Position numbers and translations under genes: made by a program. From Dipteris shenzhenensis (lineage: Eukaryota), in assembly GCA_047967505.1 (NCBI GenBank), contig CM106538.1: 64,000 nucleotides of DNA; one strand, given 5' to 3'. Each line of letters opens with the position of its first letter. The first letter of the stretch is position 1. Shown here one piece after another: positions 12,431-26,400 of the stretch. Below the pieces are notes generated by a model. The model saw only the letters and a list, made by a program, of their open reading frames with translations, searched no databases and had not been told where the DNA came from.

Positions 12431-12960
12431 AGCTGCGTGGAACTGGATGGCAAGTGGGCAGGCGTTGCGACCCTAAGCCGAAGCTGCGTGGTATTGCACG
12501 GTTTCGCGAGAGTAGGTGGGCAGCAAAATGGTGAAGCTCTAGTTTGCTAAAATGCCCATACCTCGGACTAATGCTTGAAGCATCCAAACAGAAGCCACTC
12601 CCACCCAAACCTCATCGCGCATCGGGCTGGCTCCAGTCTTCATCCGTCGCGTTTGATTCCTTGATAGGAAGGTGGGCTGAGTAATGAGTGTGAGGGGAGG
12701 CAGGTAGCAGCAAGAGAACCTACTATGATACCGCTATTGGGTGCGGGAAGCAATGGAATGGGAGTGGAGTGCAAGGGAGCAAACAACAAGTTGAAGCAAA
12801 CGTGAGTATTTGCAAATGGATAAGGAGAAATTACAAAGGGGTGGCCTATATGGCCCCCAAGTCAACCATATGGTTAACTAGTGAAGTCAACTTTATGAGT
12901 TGACCTGCCTATACCAGGGCTAAGTGCTAACAGAGCTTAGCTAACAATACTCACTCTCTA

Positions 12961-13330
12961 TTAGTGCACCATGTGTTGACAACTACTAGCATTGTGAGTG
13001 GTAGTCATCACGACATTTTGAGGTCTCACATCCTCAATAGCCTTCTTAATATGAGTATAAATATAATCACCTATATGAGAGTTATTGGATGCATCAATAG
13101 ACATTAGAAACATACAACATGACACAAGAATTTTAATCAGAGGCCTCCTCTTGGTATCTAGCCACCCATCAGACAAGGTAAAGCATCCATATCTAGTCCA
13201 TATTGTCTTAATAGGATGAAGCTCTTTCTCCATCTCAAAGTTCTCTACATGTAGGTCTTGAGTGTGCAATGTCTTTGAAGATAGAGACTTGAATGAGCAA
13301 CTTGCATCTCCCGTTGCTTGTACGGACTCC
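12961..13330 (-). pseudogene. hAT transposase fragment (DUF659-like region)
   Basis: WTRYGCFTLSDGWLDTKRRPLIKILV...IDAS...IEDVRPQNVV...NASSC is the typical plant hAT DUF659 signature. Confidence 0.8.
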
Positions 13331-14645
13331 ACTCCAGGCGTATGACCGCTATTAAAGGGAGTTCACAGTTATAGGAGAACCTGCGACATGCCTTGTTGTG
13401 AGCATTTTTAAATAAAACTGCGACCCAACCAGCCTGTAAAAATCTTGTCCTAGTGGTGGTGCTTGTCCACCTTAGCGCCTTTAATGGGGCTGCACAGGGC
13501 TGCACACACATATCTAGTAGAGGCATCAGAGGTAGGTACACCTTGTGTAGGCATGACCGTGGATGATGGCAAAAGCACATGCGTTGATCCACATGTAGCA
13601 CTCAATGGAAGACCTATATGGGACTTCTGGGAGGAGATTTGAGGGACTGTTTCAGAAGCATGGGTGTGGGTTTGTCTTGGGTGCAAATGCCAGTTTTGAT
13701 GAACTGATGATGATTCAAGCTTTTAGAGTTCAGAGATTTACTTTGGAAGTTGTTGGGGAACGAAACTTGAAAGCAAGGCAAAGAAGAAGAAGGCGATCAT
13801 TGAAATTTCAGACTACACTAATACTCGTGGCTTTGTGTTTCAAAGTGGTAAGAGTTTTTACCAAAACCTGGTGAAGACGCTAGGAAAGGTGCATGTTACG
13901 ATGGTGGTTCGTAAATGTAGCTGTAAGGTTGTAAATGATTAATCTATCCTAAAGGTTTCAGCTTCAAACATTTGACTAAGAAGAATCTTTTAGTGGCTGA
14001 ATTGTTACTCTTGAATTTGCAGAGCCATTAGAAGCAATTATTAGTATTTTAGATCTCAGCATTGCTCAATCATGCAATATTGGGCATGAAGTGCTCGTGG
14101 ATAGTAAAGTGTACACTGACCGTGGACTTCAATGGAAGGACACTTGCAGAGCTTGGTCTTCAACTTCATAATGGAAGAACATTGTCTTCGACGCGGTCAT
14201 CAGAAGGAAGCATCATGCCATGCGATTGCAAAAGTTTCTGAGCTGGTGGCTTAGGGCTAGAGGAACATCAACACCAGCCATAGCTTGGGCACACGAATCA
14301 ACACATCGATGTCGCCTTGTAGGTTCAGACTCCAGAGGCGCGTGAATCGACAAGAAAGTGACACGAGGCACATGAATTGACAAGATTTTGGAAAATCCCT
14401 AATCTCATCTTCAACAATCTCCAAATGTTTCTTTGTGAAAGACCTGTTTTGAAACATGCAGCACAGTTCGAAACATTTCTAGAAGCTTCATTTTTAAACA
14501 TGTTGTCTTCTGTTTATAGATTGATCGCATGACAAACCATTTGGTATTCATTTGCATTGTGAGAAAGAAGGTGAGATTACCTTAAAGCACTCAATAAAGA
14601 TTTTTAATGACTTCAAGCACTCAGTAAAGATTTTTAATGATACAG

Positions 14646-14774
14646 GATTTGGTTGTAGTATTGGAATGCGTTCGAATTATAGCTGTTGCTTTGTCACCAA
14701 TAACTCCGCAACTGAGTGTGAAGATATACTTGCAACTTGGTTATTCAGAAGCTGATTTCCAATCATTATCTTGG
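14646..14774 (+). CDS. OVA1: Organellar methionyl-tRNA synthetase, penultimate coding exon
   Basis: TACAG|GAT...TGG|GTCAGT boundaries, 43 codons, phase 0; DLVVVLECVRIIAVALSPITPQLSVKIYLQLGY. Confidence 0.92.
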
Positions 14775-15029
14775 GTCAGTTTTTTCAAAGCTTTGCTTGT
14801 TTCTCTCGCAATTTTTTTGCTTTATATTGCTGACAATTGATTGCAGTGATTATTTTATTTAATATGCTTTGCATACTTTAGGCTTATCTCTAAATTTTTT
14901 GAATGGATTATAGTTAATATATAAAGTCTTACTGCTGTTCTCTAGTGATATTGATAATTTCTTCTAAATCTATACTCATAAGCCTACATGTAATGTGTGT
15001 GTGTGTGTGCACTCACCAAAATAGTGACT

Positions 15030-15056
<27 letters not shown>

Positions 15057-15060
<4 letters not shown>

Positions 15061-16960
15061 TTTTTTTTTGGGGGGGGAGGGGGGGGGGTGAAATCCATCT
15101 ATATTAATCAATATTACAAGAGGTGATCCCCAAATTGGAGACCAGCAATTACAATATGAGAAGATTTCATTGTATGAATGACAAGTAAAGAGTGTAATCT
15201 ATCTGACGAACAAACAGGCAATCATAAAAGGATTGTCTAAGCGACATGTGCAAATAGTACATGGAAGAAGCAGGCTCTCCAAAGACTTTGTGATTCATGT
15301 CTTTCCACAGAGTCCAGAGTGCCCGATATCGAACCCATGTGAAAAAAAGATCAAACTCGGGCCTCCGTGGGTTAATGCTGAAGAGCCAAAAAAAACTCGC
15401 CAAAGCAAGCAGCAGGAAAGCGGGCCTGGAGGCACTGTCGAAGAAAAAGTAGGAAGCCACAGGTGATAGGGCAATGCCAGAAAAGATGGAGTAAGGATTC
15501 CCTGGGAGCAAGATGCCTACGTGCCAAAAGTTGTCCAAAAGGAATAATTCCAAGCATCACTCGCCATAGAAAAACCTATTGAAGAATAGGAAGGTTACAA
15601 GACCAAAGCTGCTGCAATTTTTTCCGCCACCATTTGTGAAATCCAATCTGGAAGTTTCAAGAACTCTTCCTGCAATAAATTCGCAGCTCCTAGAGGGCTC
15701 CTGAACAAATCGCAGAAGGGTTTTCTCCCCCTGGAACAAATCGCAGCAGACCTGGGTCACTCTCGAGGGCTGAAAACCCAATTCACAACAGATTCTTGGC
15801 CTCCTGGATCACTTCACAGTAGGCCTGAAACACAGCAAGAAATGGCCTCCTGGTGACTGGAAAACAAATCGCAGCAAGCTTTCTCTCTCTTTGGACCTCA
15901 CATGTGCAAATGGGGCAGAGATTTAGGTGCTGGAATAATTCGCAATTCAGCCTAGGAGATGCGAGGGAGAAGCAGAAGGAATTCGCAACACAAGGGAGAG
16001 GGCGCGCCGACCCAAAGGTCTTTATTGCAATAGAAAATAACTTTGTACAACTGGCTTTGAGAAGACCATGAAGCTGAGTACAACTCTTGAATGAATTTGA
16101 GAGCCCTGAGAAAAGCTGAGCTTACTTTCTTTTGCCCACCTTGGGGCAACTTTTTATCCTTTCTAGAACCCCATGGGACCCTCATTAATGGCGCTCTTTA
16201 TCTTGGTGCTTTTTGCCTTGTGGGACCCGCTGTTTGGCACTTGCTCCATCATTTGTGAGCCTTTTTGCACTCTTCCAAGTCCTACACAAACACCAACACT
16301 TTAACCCATTAAAGGTTAGCGAAATGCATGCATTCCTACTTCTTGGACTAATCCTAGTCCTTTGTGGGCATCCCCCATAGTTCTCTTTTACCAATGCAAA
16401 ACAATAAAACTTATTCTTAGTTAATCAAGTCTACATTCTTTGACCGAAGTCAAATCTAATAAAGATTATTCTTATTTCTTGAGAGGGGCACCAAATGGTG
16501 ACAATTTGGCATTACGATGAGTAGCAAAACCATGTCGATGTATGGTCTAATTAGTAAGAGGATATGTAAGCTCCAACTTAGGCACGGGTAAAAAGCAATG
16601 AGATAGTGCCAAAGGGGTTGATGATGCATCACCAATCCAAATTGTCTAGCTGCCAAAGGAAGAGATAGTAAAGTACCATCAACATGAAACACATCACCCA
16701 CCAAACTAATCTCTTTGGATGAAAGTTCCTGCAAGGCAAGGGACAATGAAACACCTTTGACCAGTAGCGTGCAAGGAATTCCTATCCAGAGAGTCGCAAC
16801 CATGCCATTTAAGATGAGAAAAAATTTCTTTCCAAGCCAAAAATATTTTAGAAGCAAAAGGGAAGGCTTTAACTGTGCCATCAATATAGCCCAGAATGAA
16901 GTCCCATTGAGTGGGATGCCAGTGCCCAAAAGCAGTAGTAGTCAACTGTAAAAGAAGATG
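15057..16960 (-). mobile_element. Degenerate L1-type LINE 3' fragment with poly(A) tail
   Basis: ESLLHLFWHCP (zf-RVT-like) and LWTLWKDMNHKVF (W.IW..RN..VF-like); T-run at 15057-15068; ~16180-16450 resembles 24730-24960 and looks like an inserted piece. Confidence 0.7.
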
Positions 16961-17631
16961 ACGCATCATGGCGGCCTAAGGATGATCACCCTACAAAAGT
17001 TTCAGCACCATCTTCCCCTTATGTGCCAAGATATGGATGTAAATATCTATGTTCAAGTCACCATGCATTTTTGGGGAACAGAGATGCTCCATAGAGAGCA
17101 CGTTGATACTCTTACGGCCATGCTTTGAGTGCTAGAAAGTCTCCATGAGAGTGGACGTGAAAGAAATAATTTCTTTCTTATCAAACATCATCAAAGGCAA
17201 GAAGAATTGAATATAGGCCACCAAAATTGTTGTACAATCGGAGTCAAACATGAAGAGGCCAACTGGCTAACTTCCAATATTCCAGTTTCTTCTTGAGCTT
17301 TACAAGCACCCAATCCGTTTGCTGATGGGCGAGTGATCATCTATCCCAGGGAAAGCCAAGGTGACAAACAAGTTGATTGGGCAAAACAATTTGCCCCAGA
17401 CAAAGAGAGCTATGCCAATCTTTAGCATGCAAAGGCAAAAGCTTCGATTTTTGAAATTTACGTTTTGGATTTCACTTCCAGACTCTTAATTTCAGTTTTG
17501 TCTGAGTTTCGAGCTCTATAGCTTAGTTTAGCATAGCAGTTAGCAAGAGCCCTAGTGCGCCCTTTGCATTAGCCCTTTGAGGCTTGTAGTTTCCATTCTA
17601 TTTGGTGTATTTAGTCTGCAAGGCCTCCTGC

Positions 17632-17674
<43 letters not shown>

Positions 17675-17961
17675 CCGCCTGCCGCCTCTACTCACCTGCC
17701 TGGGCTCCTCCCGCCTCCCACCTTTTGCTCTGCCGGCCTCTGTTCCGCCTGCCTCTCCTCCACTTCCCGCTGCAGCACCTCCGCCCTTGCTTTGCCTCTG
17801 CCTCTGCCTCTGCCTCCGTCCGCTTAGCCCCGCCTGTCCTGAGCCTACCCCCGCCTAGCTCTGCCAGCTCTCCGCCTACTCCCACCTAGCCTCACCAACT
17901 AAGAACCCCTAGTTGGGTTGAACCCCCAGCTTAACTAGGGGGTTAGCTCAGCCAGGGGGTA

Positions 17962-20397
17962 TGACACGCCCCAGCACTCCTGAAACCTTTGATCTGCAAG
18001 CAAACACAAGAACACACACAACGTGAGAAAACTGAGCAGGTTGCTCACCACCCAACCATGACATCTACGGGATGTGATCCTGAATCAGGAGATGTCCCCT
18101 CTGAGCCATGAGCTGAGCTACTGGCACGAACTCCCAGCCAGATCCTAACTAGCCTGGTGTCCCATACCACCAGGTGGCGCTGTGAAGCCTGGGATCTGCT
18201 GCTGGGCCTTGGGCTACGCTATGATGCAGGCGTGCGTGCGTCCGTGACTGAATCCAGGATCAGACCTAGCACTTGGGAACGAAACTTGCTCCCATCTGGG
18301 TCCCTTATATAGACTCGGGCCCCAAGCGCCAAAAATAGCGAAGACCTCTAACTGGTTCGTACCCTTGCCACTCAACCCAAGAATCAAGCCTGCCTAACTC
18401 TAAGCCTCCCCAGGCTACCTGAACTAGTCTCGTGTACCCAGTACACATCAGATACCAATCCGTGCACATGACATACTTCCCCTCCTCTAAGAACTCACTC
18501 CTGAGTTCGCTAAAAAACCCGGGAATGTTCTTTGGAGGTTCTGTAATGTCTCCCATGTTGCATCCTCCTCAACACGATCCTTCCACTTGATCTTGTATTC
18601 CGTGATAGTTCTATTACGAATCTGTCTTTCACGAAATTCAAGAATACACTCAGGTTCGTGTGAAATAAAAGTCAAATGTGTAACTTTTATTATTTCTTGA
18701 GGAGAAACAAGTTGATCATCGGCACCCAATACTTCTTTCAGTCTACTGACATGAAAGATTGGATGTACTTTAACATCAGGAGGCAATTCTAGTCGATATG
18801 CAACTGGTCCAATTCTTTTAATAACCTTGAATGGACCACAGTATTTGGGGGATAATTTCGGAACCAAACCAGGACTTAGGCTCTTGGATTCCTTGGGAAT
18901 TCGCAAATATACCATCGTTCCTTCATAGAACTCTCTAGGTGAACGATGTCTATTAGCATAAAATCTATCCCAATCTTGGGCACTTCTAATAGACTCCTTG
19001 GCAAACTGCAACATCTCCTGCATGTCTTGCAAGAAGGTCTTTCCAGCATCATTTTGGATTCCCTTTAACCCAACCATAACTGGTGACTTAGGTTGAAACC
19101 CGTACATTAGCATAAAAGAACTGTAACCAGTACTCGAATGCTTTGCACTGTTATAAGCAAATTCTATCATAGGTAGATAATCTTCCCATGAAGACTGTCT
19201 CTTAGAAACATATGCGCGAAGCATATCTTCAACCAATTGGTTGACCTTCTCTGTATTGCCATCGGATTGTGCATGATCTGAGGAACTCATACTTAGAGTA
19301 GTTTCTAGCTTCTCAAAAACAAGTGTCCAAAAGTTACTTGTAAACTTTGAGTCCCTGTCATTGACTATGTCAGAGGGTAAACCATACAGCTTAAACAAGT
19401 GGTCCACAAACTCGTGAGCCAGCTGAACGGCTGAAATAGTTGTTCTGGTAGGTAAGAATCTAGCCATTTTTGTCAGACGGTCGACTATAACCCAAATGGA
19501 GTCATGACCCTTGCGCGTTGGAGGCAAACCAATAATAAAATCCATGGAAATACTTTCCCATTTATTACGTGGAATTTGCAATGGCTGTAATAAACCCACG
19601 CTTCTAAGGCGTTCTGCCTTAGTAACCTGACAAACCCGGCAACCTACCACATAGTTTTCAATCAATGCACGCATTTTAGGCTAATAAACTGTATGCTGCA
19701 CACAAGAGACAGAGTCCGATGTATACCCGGATGTCCAGCACTAGGAGTATCATGACACTCCCAGAGAATCTTGGATCTAAGTTCCAGAACATCTAGCACA
19801 CAAATCTTTCCATTCCGGAACAGCAAGCCGTTCCTAATCATCCACTGACCTAGGGGGCACAATCCCTGAGTCCTGGTCAACCATGGAGCTCCCATCCTGG
19901 ACTCTCTGCCAATAAGAACTGAAATAACTATCAGTTGCGCAAAGCCCTCGTAAGGATTGAAATAGGTCTAAGGATATTTCCGTAAATGACATAGCATTTA
20001 CAAACTTGACTTGACTTAAGGCATTTGCCACACTATTCAACGAACCTTTTCGATAACGTATTTCAAAATCAAAATCTTGCATTAATTTTGCCCATCTAGC
20101 TTTTCGTCCCTTTAATTCAGACCCATCACACACATACTTAATTGACTGATGATCAGTCAATATTAAAAACTTCGAACCATACAAGTAGTGTCTCCAAACC
20201 TTAAGGGCATACTGAACCTCTGGGCCCCTTATATAGACTCGGGCCCCAAGCGCCAAAAATAGCGAAGACCTCTAACTGGTTCGTACCCTTGTCACTCAAC
20301 CCAAGAATCAAGCCAGCCTAACTCTAAGCCTCCCCAGGCTACCTGAGCTAGTCTCGTGTACCCAGTACACGTTAGATATCAATCCGTGCACATGATA
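17962..20397 (-). mobile_element. Internally deleted Ty3/Gypsy chromovirus with TSD
   Basis: 3' LTR 17962-18473 with PPT; first ~170 bp of the 5' LTR (20226-20397) joined directly to RNase H (ALKVWRHYLYG); TSD GGGTA at 17957-17961 and 20398-20402. Confidence 0.92.
18487..19674 (-). pseudogene. Gypsy integrase core, GPY/F motif and chromodomain (part of frameshifted pol, 18487-20215)
   Basis: CRVCQ, WESISMDFI, IVNDRDSKFTS, YCGPFKV, HPIFHVSRLK, EYKIKWK...EDATWE. Confidence 0.93.
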
Positions 20398-21482
20398 GGG
20401 TAACAGGAGATATGGCCATCAAAGAATGGCCCAGCCTACCATCCTCTTCAAAATCACCCTCTACTCCAAGAACCTCCAATAGCAGACTCCGATACGCCAC
20501 AGTTGCAGCTAGGATGCCTTCCCCGTATGCGCATATCTATGAATGAGGTGGTCTTTTTGACTGACCCATTATTGGGTATCATGTACAGATTTTCTTCCTA
20601 CAGGATCAAGTGAGAGAGCTGAAGATGCAAGTGGCGGATGCCATAACTAGAATTCAAGTTTTGGAAGGACCTAGTAAGAAGGAAGTCATTGACGAGGTTG
20701 TAAAGTCATGTAATGCTTCCCCCCCTAGCCCCCAACTAGTCTCTACAATCAAGAATCTAGTTCAAACAGAAGTGCAGACAACCAAGCAAGAAGTGATTGT
20801 GGAGTTTGATGCAAAGGTCAACAAAGTTGCTATTCAGGAAGAGATTAAAGAACATGCAGCTAGATAAGGATAATGCTTTGAAAATCAGAATTGGGGGGCT
20901 TCCAGATGAATGGTATAAAGAAGAGGAATCATTCAGTGATACCTTTGCACATGTCAAAGCAAGCATGCCTACTATTGATTGGACAGCTGACGCAAATGAC
21001 TATCCTTATAATCCTGATGGTGATGGTGAAGCTCGAGCAGTCCAGATAGGTAGGCGTAATGGTCATGCTATCATTACATTCAACTCACTAGACCTATGTA
21101 CAAAAGTACTAGGACAATCTCAGAAGTTGAAAGGGACTAAGATATGGATAGCCAAAGAACTCACAAGAGCTCAACTGAAGGATAAGGCAAAGGAATTAGC
21201 AAAGGTTCGGGCTGCGAGGAAGGACGGTAAATGGGCAGTCTATCGTGAAGGAGTAGCACTCATTAAAGAGTTTAAATCAGAACCAAAAGACTCTCAGTCT
21301 TAAACTTATGTATGGCCAGCTATATCTACGTATGTTTTATCTAGGTTATCATGTAGGTACTTTAAATAAAATGGAGCCGCCTTTGCACTCCTTGGGAGCT
21401 ATCCTCTGCCCTCCCTAAGCTGATGTACTAGTTGGTTTTCACGTTCTCCCATGGACCTCTTCGTCTCCCGTGGACATTAATA

Positions 21483-21524
<42 letters not shown>

Positions 21525-22229
21525 TCGCACCCGATCACACCAGTTGCAGATTGAAATAGGAGGATGGAAAGATATGCCAAAAGAGAGCAGAATATGCCAA
21601 TTATGTGACCAGGGAATGGCAGAAACTGAAGAACACATGGTAATGATATGCCCTTACTATACTCACATCCGGAAAGCATTTAGCTCTTTCTCGAGGGACA
21701 TAACAGACTGGCTGATATGCTACATAGCGGGTCACCCCCAGCTTTAGGAACGTTTGTCTATAAGCTTTTCAAGCACAAGAACTCACCTAAGACATAAAGG
21801 TAGTTTCTCTTAATACCCTCCCCTCCAAGGGAGGAGTCTTTGTGTACAAGGATTTTGTATTGCTCAGGTCCCATAGGCCGATTTTTTGATCTTCAGAGGA
21901 CGATAATATATTCTTCTTCTTCTTCTTCTTCTCTCTCTCTCTCTCTTCAATTTCTCTCTTCATTTTGAGGAGGAGATCTGACCACTGGATGGGAGCTTCT
22001 ATCGGAGGGGAAGCCGTCTATTCCCGTCACTGATCCAGGTGTGTGGCAGGCTTTATGCATGCTCTCTATATAAAGCCCCGATGCAGGCACTACCGGATAT
22101 ATCCTCTATGCCCAAGCCGACTATTTGTCACTTGTTCACTACATAGAATGTACGGGCTGCACTCCGCCGGCTACACAACCGAAAAGCATAGGATCATGAG
22201 GGCCTATGGACTGAGCATTTTGTGCATGG

Positions 22230-22695
22230 GTAGGAGGTCTTAGCTCCGGTTTTATAGCACTGATGTTCAACCACGCTGTGTGCCATGGCTTCCCAACTGC
22301 TTGGAGCACTACAACTATTTTACCGATACACAAAGCAGGGGACCCCATGGATTCTGGGAACAACTGCTCCCTCATGATTGGCCACACATTGGCCAAGATT
22401 TATGGATCGGTACTAGAGAAGGAGAGTAGTAGTCATACAGAGGCTCGGGGACAGCGGGCATTAGGACAAGTAGGATTTCGGAGGCAACATTCCACTCTAG
22501 ATCACATCTTCACTTTGAGGTTTATCATTGAGGAGGTGAATTCTAGATGCTAGAAAGTCTACACTTGCTTTGTAGACTTTCGGAAGGCCTTCGACATTGT
22601 CGCGTGATCCCGCATGATCAGGAGATTACAGGAGATGCAGATTCCAAAGACTTTGATTGGGGTGTGATGAGGCTATATGAGTGCGTGAGAGGTAG
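22230..22695 (+). pseudogene. RTE-like LINE reverse transcriptase N-terminal fragment
   Basis: PIHKAGDPMDSGN, QVGFRRQHSTLDHIFTLR, CFVDFRKAFD. Confidence 0.85.
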
Positions 22696-23040
22696 AGCTC
22701 CAAGGCACAGCTCTAGAGGTAGAGCATTTGAGTTAGCTCCAGGGCATAGTGGAGTGGAGGAGGAGGAGCTAGTTGATACAAGGGCAGTTTGGATTAGTAG
22801 AGGTGTGTCACCGAGAGAGGGACGAAGAGACTACTCACGACTCGGAGAGCGACTAGAGCACACTCCATTGAATCCAGCCCTATCACAACTTTCCTCAGAG
22901 GAGACTGCTAGAGACAAGGAATCACTCTGGAGATAGCTCAGCTTGTTTAGAGATCGAGGAGACCACGCCCCCACCACTGCATGAGACAACCCAACAGATG
23001 CAGATCCGAGATATATTCACAGCTCACCAGAGAGCCTCCA

Positions 23041-24305
23041 TGACACAACCCTAGCGCTCCTGAGAACTTGGACCTACAAACAAACATAGAAAAGCAACCA
23101 TAGAATAACAATGTAAATTGTAGGCATGCTCACCACCCAACCATGACATCTAGGACTCGGATTTCCTCACACTGGCACTTCTTCTAACTAGATCCCAACC
23201 AACCTGGCGTCCCATACCACCAGGTGGCGCCACAAGGGCCCTGGATCTACTGCTGGGCCTCGAGCTATGCTAGAAAGAAGGTGCGCGTCCGCAACATGAT
23301 TCAGGATCTAGACTAGCAAGGAAGAGCCAAGCTTGCTCTGACTTGCGTGACTGAAAACTGAACCCCTGTACTCCTTATATAGGCTCCAGCCCAATGCTAC
23401 TAAAAATAGCAGAACCCCTAACTTGTCCCGTTGCCCCTGCAACTCAACCTGAGAATCGCCTGCCTAGCTCCCAGCCTTCCCAAGCTAACTGAGCTAGTCT
23501 TGTTTGCGTAAAGCACAAGTCAGATACAGCCGTGCACATGACATACTCCCCTTTCTCTAAGAACTCACTCGTGACTTCATAAGAAAGTTCAGAAACTCTC
23601 TCTGATGGTTAGTCAACGTCTCCCATGTGGAAATCTCCTCTACATGATCCTTCCACTCAATTGTGTATTGAGTGATCGTCCTATTTCTCACTTGACGTTC
23701 TCGAAATTCAAGAATACTTTCAAATTTGTGCGGTATCAAATCTTCAACCACTATAAGTTCTTGAGGAGTTACGACTTGATCCTCAGCGCCCAGTACTTCC
23801 TTCAGTCTGCTGACATGAAAGAATGGATGAATTCTTACATTAGGAGGCAATTCTAGTTCATATGCAACTTGGCCAATTCTTTTAATAATCTTGAAAGGGC
23901 CACAGTATCTGGTGATAATTTCCTAACATGTCCAGTACTTAGGCTCTTGGATTCCTTGGGAATACGCAAATATACCATCATTCCAATAGAGAACTCCCTA
24001 GGTGAATGATATCGATTAGCATAAAATCTTTCCCTCTCTTAGGCACTTTTAATAGACTACTTGGCAAACTGCATGATCACTTGCATGTTTTGCAAGAAAG
24101 TCTTAGCAGCATCATTCTTGATTCCCTTGAATCCAACCATTATTAGAGACTTAGGTTGAAACCCATACATAAGCATAAAAGGACTCAAACCAATATTTGA
24201 ATGCTTTGCACTATTATAAAAATTCAACCATGGGTAAATATTCTGCCCATGAAGACTGCCTCTTGGAAACATATGCACAAAGCATATCCTCTAGAAGTTG
24301 GTTCA
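23041..24305 (-). mobile_element. Second, more decayed chromovirus remnant related to 17962-20397 (3' LTR 23041-23543 plus integrase/chromodomain)
   Basis: LTR and integrase colinear with 17962-19250; PPT at ~23546-23557; HPFFHVSRLKEVLG. Confidence 0.88.
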
Positions 24306-24719
24306 CAACCGACGCTCATCTTCCTCCTATAGTCTTGTAGCATTTTCTCCAACCTATAAAACTAAGGGGATTGGTCTTCTTTCCTTCTTTTTGAGCCGAT
24401 TTGCATGTCCTCTTCCATCCACATGCTTGGATGTTGACTCCTCATTGGCTGCTAGACACCCATGAAGGATTTTATTTCAACAAGAAAATAGCTTGATACA
24501 AAGAAGGTTCATGAGGGAGCAATAGGACTGGCAGGTTCTCAAATCATACAAAAGAGCATGAAGGCTCTTGAATTTATAGACTAGGAGGCTGGTGCTTTTT
24601 GGCTCTTTTTACAAAAAGCTAGGGCTTCTAGCCAAAGTAGGTTGAACTGAAAAGCATAAGCTTGCCCCTACAAAAGTAGGCACTCAAATTCGTTGTAGTT
24701 TCGTTTCCACCTGTGGGCC

Positions 24720-26400
24720 ACCCGTGGGCCCTTCTTTAAAGTTGGTCGCCCATTTAATGGTGATTTCCCCTAAAAATGTGGGGGAATTTAGTACTATCTA
24801 GTCTCGTGACACAAATAAACAAATCCAATACATTTTGTCCATTAATGGTTAGCATTGCATGCATTCTTATATTCTGGCCTAATCCTAGTCCTCTGTGGGT
24901 GTCTCACCTCTTTGACCGGACTCGAGACAAAATATTTCTCTTTATTTCTTGTGATAAATGTAATTATGTGACAATTATCAAGCTCTTCAAGTGGAAAGGA
25001 AACCATGCTCTGATACTTGTCAGAGTCCTGCTTATACAAAAGCACGATTTCGAGTTAAATTACTCAATAAGCTTAGAATTTCAAATAGCCAGTAATTAGG
25101 AATTAACCGACATTTACATATCATTCAAGTTTCACACAAGGGTTACAGTAGAGAAAGGGGAAAAGGAGAAGAACCCAGCTCAGCTTCAATTACATAGTAA
25201 TTTAAATCTCGGACAAAACCGGAGGCAATCTAGAAGACCTAGGACATGAATATGAAGTCCAAAATATGTACAATGATCTCCCTAATGAATGAAAAATGGA
25301 AAAACTCAATCAGAAAACTGTTGAACTGTAGAAAGTAACCACGGGCAGCCCCGATGTAACAGGCAAGAGAAACCCAAAGCCCTTTTGAGTAGAGCACGAT
25401 CTCAACAATATGTCAGGGCTGAGTGCTGTAATCACTATATCAGCATCAACCTATCTCTCAAACTCTGAAACACATAGAATTTACATTAGAAATAGTTAGA
25501 GCTAGAAATTCAGGTTTAAAAATCCATAGGAATCACTCTTTCAACCCAAACATCACTGGAGTCCTTACAACTGAAGGTGCGTAGGTTAGAAGTAGTTGAA
25601 TTCACTTCTAGAAGTGATCAAAGGTGAAAATGAAATCTGAAACAAAGAAAAACAGAGAAATTGAATTGCAATTTCAATAGAAGGCTGAATATGTGAATTA
25701 CACTTACCTCATGACTTGTCCCGGGTCTGGTAAGTCAGCAAAATTCATCATTCTAGGAGTAGTAGGAATAGATTTAGAACTGAACTCGCATGAAGGAATG
25801 ACTCCACAGTGTCAGAAGATGGCCCACAGATGCTAGAAAATCAATTGCAATTTCTGAAGGAGGTACTTTCTGCTGCGAAATGATTTCCCTTTGAAATGCA
25901 AATCAAGTAGGGCCTCCTAGAAGCGAGTGGAAAGGCTGAGAAGCAAGGATTAAGCAACAGCAAGAGAGAGCAAGGGAGCAGCAGGAACAGTGTCTAAATT
26001 GGCAAGAGAGAGCAACTAGGGTGCCTAGAATTGACCACATCTTTCTTATAGACCTTGGGTGACAGCTGAAAACTTCTGAAAGTTGAGAAATCAGAAAAAG
26101 TAGGCTGAAAAAACAATTGTTATTCTAGGTCAGAATAGTTCTTAGGGATTATTTTAATATTTTAATTAGGTCTCTTAACATATTTTTCCCCATGCAAACA
26201 ATCAGTAGAATTAGTAGACCTAGAACAAATGCAATTCTAGTTTCGCTAAGCTCACACCTTGACCTAGACAACCCAAATTGAAGCCATCCTTTAGACCTCA
26301 ATGTGCCCTATCTAATGTGCATGTGAGTGATCAAGTTGCTAAACCTAACACTCAAATATTAGGGGTCCTAAAGATCATATCTGTCTCAGGTATTGGACTT
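24720..26400 (-). mobile_element. PBS plus probable long LTR remnant of an LTR retrotransposon
   Basis: rc PBS GCTCTGATAC at ~25007-25016 followed by TGTCAG; far boundary not determined. Confidence 0.45.

Larger units (their letters stand above)
17577..21930 (+). mobile_element. LINE derivative: GC/(TC)-rich 5' region, decayed L1-type ORF1, short ORF2 C-terminal zinc finger, (TTC)n tail; interrupted by a Gypsy element
   Basis: ORF1 pieces at 20412-21303 (coiled coil, KIRIGGLPD, KLKGTKIWIAKELT, ARKDGKWA); RICQLC...ETEEHMVMICPYY at 21544-21747; tail at ~21910-21930. Ends approximate. Confidence 0.65.

Noticed and set aside
20525-20603. Apparent GT...CAG intron in the LINE ORF1
   Set aside because: Equally explained by small frameshifts in a decayed ORF; no independent support.
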